In this document: piece after piece, positions 57,607 through 64,000 of the stretch
How the letters are laid out: each line of letters begins with the position of its first letter
Numbering within the stretch: the first letter of the stretch is position 1
NCBI GenBank assembly: GCA_017616785.1
Contig: JAFZXK010000009.1
Span: 1,612 to 65,611 of the forward strand
Source of the DNA: Alphaproteobacteria bacterium
GTDB taxonomy: Bacteria > Pseudomonadota > Alphaproteobacteria > Rs-D84
Length of the DNA stretch: 64,000 bases
Direction: 5' to 3'
The notes under the pieces: generated by a model
The model's input: only the letters and a program-made list of their open reading frames with translations
What the model was told of the DNA's origin: nothing
Databases searched by the model: none
Made by a program: the position numbers and the translations under genes

Positions 57607-57930
57607 TTATATATTCATCGCCCGTTCAAATTCTTCGAGTGACATTTCGTATATCGGTTTCTGCGAAGCCGTTACCCACTCTTTAACACCGGCAAGTTGT
57701 TTTTTGAATCTGTTGATAACAGAAACGACATCCGGCGCGACATCTTTTTTTGATTTTAGCAAACGTTCACCATATTCCACAACAAATTCTAATACATCGG
57801 CGGCAAAGAAACGTCCGACATATTTTTCCATTGGAATTCCGCCCTTGTTCACACATATCGCAGACATGGTCTTTGCCATCTGATTATAAAAATTTGCCAA
57901 CTTTATAAAGTTCTGAACGGTAACTGCCAT
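57607..57930 (-). CDS. hypothetical protein
   Basis: 107-aa ORF that heads the long minus-strand cluster. Confidence 0.5.
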   Translation of the reverse strand: MAVTVQNFIKLANFYNQMAKTMSAICVNKGGIPMEKYVGRFFAADVLEFVVEYGERLLKSKKDVAPDVVSVINRFKKQLAGVKEWVTASQKPIYEMSLEEFERAMNI

Positions 57931-58006
57931 CTCTTTTCTCCCGATATAGTTTTACACATTATAAAAACTATTGCCACAAAAACGCAATTAAATTATAATG
58001 TAAAAT

Positions 58007-58387
58007 ATGAAAATATTAAAAGTGATTTTATTACTTGGTTTATGTGCCTGTGCATCCCCGAACGGGGGCAGTATTGATGACGCAACAATCCTAAATTGGG
58101 AAAATGAATCGGTTACAATGGAACAATTTGTTCGCGACCACAAGGCGTGTTTGGGAATAACCAAGCCGTCATATCTGCCGCGTTCACGGATTGCAAAGTT
58201 ACTTTCACCAAACCAAACCGTACGTATGCCCGATTGGGACGGACTTTGGGTAACATTCCAATCAAACGAGTATCGCGATGTGGGCCAACGGGCATTGCTG
58301 TCGGTTCCGCGCAACACAACATCGCGTTCGGTCGGTTCATACCGTAAATGTATGTTCCGTCGCGGTTATTTACTCCGCGCAACTTAA
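58007..58387 (+). CDS. lipoprotein, unknown function
   Basis: Lipobox LGLCAC; 126 aa. Confidence 0.55.
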   Translation: MKILKVILLLGLCACASPNGGSIDDATILNWENESVTMEQFVRDHKACLGITKPSYLPRSRIAKLLSPNQTVRMPDWDGLWVTFQSNEYRDVGQRALLSVPRNTTSRSVGSYRKCMFRRGYLLRAT

Positions 58388-58421
58388 AACTTACACTAAC
58401 CACTAACACTTACCACTAAAA
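58388..58421 (-). repeat. TTAGTG array (R5, reverse orientation)
   Basis: Plus strand AACTTACACTAACCACTAACACTTACCACTAAAA is the reverse complement of TTTTAGTGGTAAGTGTTAGTGGTTAGTGTAAGTT. Confidence 0.8.
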
Positions 58422-58439
58422 TGTGATATAATAGCCACC

Positions 58440-59120
58440 ATGAAACGGAATATTTGGTTTTGGCTATATTTCATAGTCGCAATTTTACTGGCAATTTATT
58501 TCGCCACACGTATAGTTATGACCTTTATCGGCTATGGCCCAACGGCAATGGTGCGCAACATATCCGTATCTGCGGATACAAATGATAAAGACCTTACCCC
58601 CATTATTGCGGCCGCGGGGATTGCACCTGGCACACATACACATGCAATAAAACTTGAACTGGTGAACGCACGCATTGCACAAACACCTGGTGTCCGGGAA
58701 TCTGCGGTGCGACGGTTGGCGAACGGAAACTTGGCCATCAAAGTAAACCTTTACCGCGCGGTTGCCGGATGGACCGACGGCACATATTACTATCCCATTT
58801 CGGCGGACGGAACAATAGTAAAAAATCCGTCTGAAACACGGGGCAATGGAACTGTTCTGTTTCGCGGGAATGTTCCAAACGAAATTGGCGAAATTACCAA
58901 GGCGGCAACCAATCTTATCGGCAATCTTGATTATTTAGAATGGATTGATGACCGCCGGTGGAATTTAATAACAACAGGCGGAATTACGATTATGTTACCT
59001 GAAAACGACCCTGTCGCGGCGATTGGAAACATTGTCGTATTGGACCAGAAATATAATATTTTATCCAAGGCGATAAAAGTCATAGATATGCGTGACGACA
59101 CAAGAATTTTGGTTAGGTAA
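58440..59120 (+). CDS. ftsQ: cell division protein FtsQ
   Basis: N-terminal TM helix, then POTRA-like (VRNISVS...) and FtsQ beta domain. It lies directly upstream of ftsA. Confidence 0.8.
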   Translation: MKRNIWFWLYFIVAILLAIYFATRIVMTFIGYGPTAMVRNISVSADTNDKDLTPIIAAAGIAPGTHTHAIKLELVNARIAQTPGVRESAVRRLANGNLAIKVNLYRAVAGWTDGTYYYPISADGTIVKNPSETRGNGTVLFRGNVPNEIGEITKAATNLIGNLDYLEWIDDRRWNLITTGGITIMLPENDPVAAIGNIVVLDQKYNILSKAIKVIDMRDDTRILVR

Positions 59121-59123
59121 AAA

Positions 59124-60914
59124 ATGCGAATGATTGATTCTTGTTTTTTGTGTCTTGATATCGGCACATGCGGTGTCCGCGGAATTGCGCACCGCATAAG
59201 GAACGCGATGATTGATAAATCCGCATATTATTCGGTTGATGATTTTGATACTGTATTGGCACTAAAATCTGTGGCGGACGAACTTGAACAACAAATGGGA
59301 ACACATTTTGATACTGCATACATAACTGGAAATTTTGGAACCGCATTTTTCAACATATCAACCAAAGAAACAAAATGGGCAAACGAACATAAAATCACAC
59401 CGTCCGATGTGAAATCTCAAATTGCACAAATTGATGCGCCCGATGATTTTTACCCAATGCACATAATACCGTTGCGATACGACACACCAAACGCAAGAAA
59501 TATTTTAACACCGATTGGACAAAATGATACAAAACTTACTTCAACAATTTCTGCACTTTTTTTTGAAAAAGACCGTATGCAAAAATTGCTAAGTTTATTG
59601 CGCCAATCGCACATACAACCGTCGGCCTTTTACGCACCGCAATTTCTTGAATCAAATGTTTTGCGTAAAAAGAAAACAAATGTAATGTTCGTCGATTTTG
59701 GTGCCGAACACACAACCGCATCAATTTGGACGGACCGCGGCCCGGTTTGGTACGACGGGCATTTTATTGGTGGCACTGATTTAACATCGGAAATATCAAC
59801 AAAACTTGATATACCTTTTGCCGAAGCCGAAAGGATAAAACGCAATGTTGCAAACCTTTATTCAAATGAAATGGCACGATTCAGCCCGGCCGACAGCGCA
59901 TACGCATTTTCTTGCGCCGATGTAAATGAAATTGTTGTTCCGTTTTTCTATAACCTTGTTGAACAAATAAAAAACGATTCGGCAAGGTACATTGAAAAAT
60001 ATCAGCCAACCGAAATAATCATAACCGGCGGTGGCGCACGGTTAAACGGAATTGTTGAATTGCTATCGCAAACATTTGAAATTCCAATAACACAAACAGG
60101 CCCCGACACAAATGTTCGCGCACTTGCAAAATACATATGGGAATCGGCACGCCCATATCGTCGCGCATACATTGCACGCCTTAGACGGTGGCAACGAATC
60201 ACAAATAAAATTTTCGGTGTTTTGAACCATCGCAAACCGAAACAGAAAAAACGCCAAACCATTGTTCCGATTATGCCAAGCACGCTTTGCTTTGATATGT
60301 CGCGACCGGAAACATATACAATGTTCCGCGCCGGCGGAATATCGGCAATACATGTTGATATTATGGACGGATTGTATGTTGATAAAATCACCGGCGGTAT
60401 CGAAGAGTTACGAAAAATTCGTGCAAATTGGGCGGGACATTTACATGTTCATTTAATGACCGACGCACCATCGGCATGGGCAACCGACGCAATCAACGCG
60501 GGCGCGGATACGGTTATACTTTCAACAAACACCGTCGGATTGCGACGTGCGGTTCAAATTGTGAAACACGCCGGCAAACGCGTTGGCATCGCATTAAACC
60601 CCGAATCTTCGGTATCATTGTTAAAAACTATTTTGCGCGATATCGATGAAATTATGGTTATGGGTGTACCACCCGGCGCCGCGGGTCAAAAGTTTAATAT
60701 GAATGTGTTAAATAAAATATCAGTCCTTGCGGGAACACGCAAAAAGTACGGACTTCGATTTGTAATATCTGTCGATGGCGGAATCAACGACGAAACCGCG
60801 CGCCTTTGTTGGGGTGCCGGTGCGGACGCACTGGTCAGTGGTTCATACCTTGCGCACGCACCCGACTTTCCACTTGCGGTAATGTCATTATTGCCATCGG
60901 CGAAAAGTATTTAA
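59124..60914 (+). CDS. FtsA fused in frame to ribulose-phosphate 3-epimerase
   Basis: N-terminal ~365 aa: LDIGTCGVRG, FVDFGAEHTT, GGTDLTSEIS, IIITGGGARL, and an amphipathic RRWQRITNKIFGVL. C-terminal ~215 aa: PSTLCFDM...IHVDIMDG...HLMT...LNP...MGVPPGAAGQKF...SVDGG. Confidence 0.8.
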   Translation: MRMIDSCFLCLDIGTCGVRGIAHRIRNAMIDKSAYYSVDDFDTVLALKSVADELEQQMGTHFDTAYITGNFGTAFFNISTKETKWANEHKITPSDVKSQIAQIDAPDDFYPMHIIPLRYDTPNARNILTPIGQNDTKLTSTISALFFEKDRMQKLLSLLRQSHIQPSAFYAPQFLESNVLRKKKTNVMFVDFGAEHTTASIWTDRGPVWYDGHFIGGTDLTSEISTKLDIPFAEAERIKRNVANLYSNEMARFSPADSAYAFSCADVNEIVVPFFYNLVEQIKNDSARYIEKYQPTEIIITGGGARLNGIVELLSQTFEIPITQTGPDTNVRALAKYIWESARPYRRAYIARLRRWQRITNKIFGVLNHRKPKQKKRQTIVPIMPSTLCFDMSRPETYTMFRAGGISAIHVDIMDGLYVDKITGGIEELRKIRANWAGHLHVHLMTDAPSAWATDAINAGADTVILSTNTVGLRRAVQIVKHAGKRVGIALNPESSVSLLKTILRDIDEIMVMGVPPGAAGQKFNMNVLNKISVLAGTRKKYGLRFVISVDGGINDETARLCWGAGADALVSGSYLAHAPDFPLAVMSLLPSAKSI

Positions 60915-61324
60915 TCTGCGACTTCTATTTTTCGCCCGTCTTGAAATTCGGTTATATATATATGAACTGTATCGGACGGCAAAAAATCTTTTGCAATATC
61001 GGGCCATTCAATAAGTGTAATATCATTTTGCACCGCGTGCAAAAGTCCGATTTCCACCAATTCCGAAACATCCGATACACGATATAAATCAAAGTGCGAC
61101 AATCTATCTTTGCCATTTTCATACGATTGAACAATTGTAAATGTTGGACTTGGCACAACGGTATCAGCCCCGCAAAGCGTTTGAATTATTGTTCGTGCAA
61201 TTTCTGATTTTCCAACCCCCAAATCACCATGCAGCGCAATCGTTACCGGTGCGTGCAAAGTTTTGGAAAAATCCGCCGCCCATCCTCGTGTTTCATTTAT
61301 ATCTTTTGTAATATATGTTTTCAT
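60911..61324 (-). CDS. tsaE: tRNA t6A biosynthesis ATPase TsaE
   Basis: ALHGDLGVGKSEIARTII P-loop and HFDLYR motif. Confidence 0.9.
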   Translation of the reverse strand: MKTYITKDINETRGWAADFSKTLHAPVTIALHGDLGVGKSEIARTIIQTLCGADTVVPSPTFTIVQSYENGKDRLSHFDLYRVSDVSELVEIGLLHAVQNDITLIEWPDIAKDFLPSDTVHIYITEFQDGRKIEVAD

Positions 61325-61327
61325 ATT

Positions 61328-63316
61328 TTACTCCAACAATAATAAGTCGTCTTCCATTTTTCGAATTGTGTCACGAATTTCCGCCGCCGTTTCAAAGTCC
61401 AAATTTTCCGCCGCATCGCGCATTTTTTTATTTAACTTCTTTATTTCTTTACGCAAAGTTTCGGCATCGAACACACCATCCTTGGTATAAACGAAACGAC
61501 GCTTTTTATCGGTCTTTTCTTTTACATCGGTAACTTCATCAAACACCGCCTTGGATACAGTTTTTGGTATAATCCCATGTTCTACATTATACAACATTTG
61601 TTTTTCACGCCGTCTGTTGGTTTCATCCAACGCCGCCCGCATAGATTCGGTTATAACATCCGCATACAATATCACACGGCCATTTGCATTTCGTGCCGCG
61701 CGCCCTATGGTTTGTATCAGCGACCGTGTCGAACGCAAGAAACCTTCTTTGTCCGCATCCATAATTGCAACCAATTCACATTCGGGAACATCCAAACCTT
61801 CACGCAACAAATTTATTCCGACCAATACATCAAACTTTCCCATACGCAAATCACGCAGCAATTCTATGCGTTCCAATGTTTCAATATCACTGTGCAGGTA
61901 TCGCGCCCGAACACCGTTTTCAACAAAATAGTCGGTCAATTGTTCCGCCATTTTTTTCGTAAGTGTTGTTACCAGTACGCGTCCCTTTATCGATTTTACT
62001 TCACCGAGCAAATCATCAACCTGATTTTTTATCGGCCGCACAATACATTCGGGGTCAAGCAAACCTGTGGGGCGTATCACCTGCTCTGCCACGATTCCGC
62101 CGGCCTGTTTCATTTCCCATTCGGCGGGCGTTGCCGAAACAAAAATTGTTTGTGGTCGCATTGAATCCCATTCATCAAAAGTAAGCGGTCGATTATCAAC
62201 ACACGACGGCAAACGAAAACCATATTGTGCAAGGGTTTCTTTGCGTGCCCTATCACCCCGCGACATTGCGGCGATTTGCGGAACGGTAACATGGCTTTCA
62301 TCAATAAACAGAATCGCCTCGCGCGGCAAATATTCAAACAGTGTCGGTGGCGGTTGCCCCGGCGCACGCCCAGATAAATACCGCGAATAGTTTTCAATTC
62401 CGCGACAGGTTCCGGTCGATTCCATCATTTCTATATCCATATTGACGCGTTCGCGCAGACGCTGTTCTTCGACATATTTCATATTGTCATGAAAGTATTT
62501 CAATCGTTCATTCAAATCTGCGCGTATATTCCCAATCGCCTGTAAAATCGACGGCATAGGCGTTGCATAGTGCGTATTTGGATAAACCACAATTCTATCA
62601 ATCTTTCGCAACTTTGCACCGGTCAAAACATCAAATTCCCAAAATTCTTCGATTTCATCACCCCAAAAAGAAACCTTCCACCCAATGTCTTGACTATGTG
62701 ATGGGAATATATCAAGTGTATCACCGCGGACTCGAAAATCTCCACGTTCAAATGCAATATCATTTCTTTTATATTGTATATCAACCAATTCGCGCATCAC
62801 TTCCGATTGTCCTATAATATCACCAACATGCAACACGACCTTCATTTCCGAATATTGTTCCGGCGTCCCAAGGCCATATATCGATGACACAGACGACACA
62901 ACAATAACATCGCGTTCTTCTAACATTGCGCGCGTTGCGCTGTGCCGCATACGGTCCAATTGGTCGTTTATCGATGCGTCTTTATCAATGTATGTATCGG
63001 TTGTCGGCAAATACGCCTCTGGCTGATAATAATCATAATACGACACAAAATATTCAACATGATTATGCGGAAAAAAAGATTTCATTTCTGTGAACAACTG
63101 GGCCGCAAGAATCTTATTCGGCGCCATAAGTAACGCCGGCCGCCCAAGTTCGGCAATAACATTTGCCATGGTAAAAGTTTTTCCCGACCCCGTTACACCA
63201 AGCAAAACCTGGGACCGGCGACCATCATTAATACCAGCAACCAAATCAGCAATGGCCGATGGTTGGTCACCCATCGGTTTGTAATTACTTTCAAGATTAA
63301 AAATTTTTTTGTTCAC
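61328..63316 (-). CDS. uvrB: excinuclease ABC subunit B
   Basis: GVTGSGKTFTMA, DESH, helicase motifs, and a C-terminal UVR domain (AAENLDFETAAEIRD). Confidence 0.95.
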   Translation of the reverse strand: MNKKIFNLESNYKPMGDQPSAIADLVAGINDGRRSQVLLGVTGSGKTFTMANVIAELGRPALLMAPNKILAAQLFTEMKSFFPHNHVEYFVSYYDYYQPEAYLPTTDTYIDKDASINDQLDRMRHSATRAMLEERDVIVVSSVSSIYGLGTPEQYSEMKVVLHVGDIIGQSEVMRELVDIQYKRNDIAFERGDFRVRGDTLDIFPSHSQDIGWKVSFWGDEIEEFWEFDVLTGAKLRKIDRIVVYPNTHYATPMPSILQAIGNIRADLNERLKYFHDNMKYVEEQRLRERVNMDIEMMESTGTCRGIENYSRYLSGRAPGQPPPTLFEYLPREAILFIDESHVTVPQIAAMSRGDRARKETLAQYGFRLPSCVDNRPLTFDEWDSMRPQTIFVSATPAEWEMKQAGGIVAEQVIRPTGLLDPECIVRPIKNQVDDLLGEVKSIKGRVLVTTLTKKMAEQLTDYFVENGVRARYLHSDIETLERIELLRDLRMGKFDVLVGINLLREGLDVPECELVAIMDADKEGFLRSTRSLIQTIGRAARNANGRVILYADVITESMRAALDETNRRREKQMLYNVEHGIIPKTVSKAVFDEVTDVKEKTDKKRRFVYTKDGVFDAETLRKEIKKLNKKMRDAAENLDFETAAEIRDTIRKMEDDLLLLE

Positions 63317-63364
63317 AGACCTAAGTATAATAAATTATAATGAAAAAACAAGAGGACCGAGAGA

Positions 63365-64000
63365 ATGCCACACAAACCACACCACAAACATATATTTTTC
63401 TGGACGATTTTAATAATCATTGCCGTTATCTTTGCGACCTTGTTAGTTGTGCCGACGTTTATGACATTGAACAGTGTTCGCGGACGACTTGAAACCGCAA
63501 TTGCGACGCAAACAGGCATGGATGTCGAAATAAATGGCGATGTAACATTCGGTATCGTCGGAAAGACAACTATTCTTGCAAACGATGTTGCAACACCATT
63601 TGGAAACATCAGTGAAATTTCTGTCCAAATACCTTTCCGCGACCTGTTCGATATTCAAAACGCAACACTTACGGGAACGATGCTAATATCTGGCGCACAA
63701 ATCAAAATCGATTCACTTGCGCCATTTATGCAAAATTATAACATTGCGGTCAAAGATTCAACTATAAACTTTATGGGCAAAAATTATCATGTGATAAACG
63801 GCGTTTTTCATGACGGAACATTTAACGGCCTTGTTCGCACCGGACAACACAAATACAACATAGAATTTCATGGCGACAAATTTACAATCACAAACAAAAA
63901 TGTCGAATTAAAAATTGTTGGTGAACTTTATCCGTCTGGCGGCGCATTTGGAACACTTTCAATTGAAACAGACAAAATAAATGCATGGTTTGAATTTTCT
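63365..64000 (+). CDS. AsmA-like membrane-anchored protein (5' partial; runs off the window)
   Basis: My own translation from the ATG at 63365 (GAGGA RBS): MPHKPHHKHIFFWTILIIIAVIFATLLVVPTFMTLNSVRGRLETAIATQTGMDVEINGDV... It stays open to the window end. This ORF is not in the supplied track because it has no stop. Confidence 0.5.
   Translation, partial: MPHKPHHKHIFFWTILIIIAVIFATLLVVPTFMTLNSVRGRLETAIATQTGMDVEINGDVTFGIVGKTTILANDVATPFGNISEISVQIPFRDLFDIQNATLTGTMLISGAQIKIDSLAPFMQNYNIAVKDSTINFMGKNYHVINGVFHDGTFNGLVRTGQHKYNIEFHGDKFTITNKNVELKIVGELYPSGGAFGTLSIETDKINAWFEFS

Overview
This is a 64-kb chromosomal window from a diderm (Gram-negative) bacterium that looks moderately AT-rich by eye. The backbone is housekeeping: aroK, mscL, recG, rph, a class A PBP, ligA, fabI, rpsU, class I lysS, tgt, queA, era, rlpA, murJ, bamD, htpX, thyA, a marR-tolC-adaptor-RND operon, lolD/lolE, ftsQ/ftsA, tsaE, uvrB, and four tRNAs (His, Ala, Gly, Gln). 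Class I LysRS together with Bam, Lol and TolC suggests an alphaproteobacterium-like, possibly host-associated lineage. I cannot confirm that without a database search. AT-rich accessory patches interrupt the backbone.

Main observations:
1. Two unlinked copies of a 107-bp invertible cassette sit 16.6 kb apart, each flanked by hix-like sites (A-tract-ACC-AA/TT-GGT-T-tract). They are in opposite orientations in this assembly. Each lies upstream of a paralogous two-gene operon for secreted modular proteins, and a Hin/Gin-type serine invertase gene sits next to one copy. The cassette carries a -35 box that completes a fixed extended -10 promoter only in one orientation.
2. queA is about 240 codons longer than normal. 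Six copies plus one partial copy of a ~50-bp double-hairpin palindromic element are inserted in frame (RPE-like), and a DUF559 nuclease module bracketed by inverted copies of that element is also inserted in frame.
3. There is an FtsA-Rpe translational fusion.
4. There is a divergent RelA/SpoT-like (toxSAS-like) 466-aa protein.
5. A dispersed intergenic family of tandem TTAGTG hexamer/heptamer arrays is present.
6. Scrambled tRNA-His fragments lie just downstream of tRNA-His.
7. An AT-rich island next to tRNA-Gln encodes a BspA-type LRR protein.
8. The lolDE genes are embedded in a long same-strand cluster of unknown secreted proteins.

All functional calls rest on motif recognition by eye. 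No searches were run.
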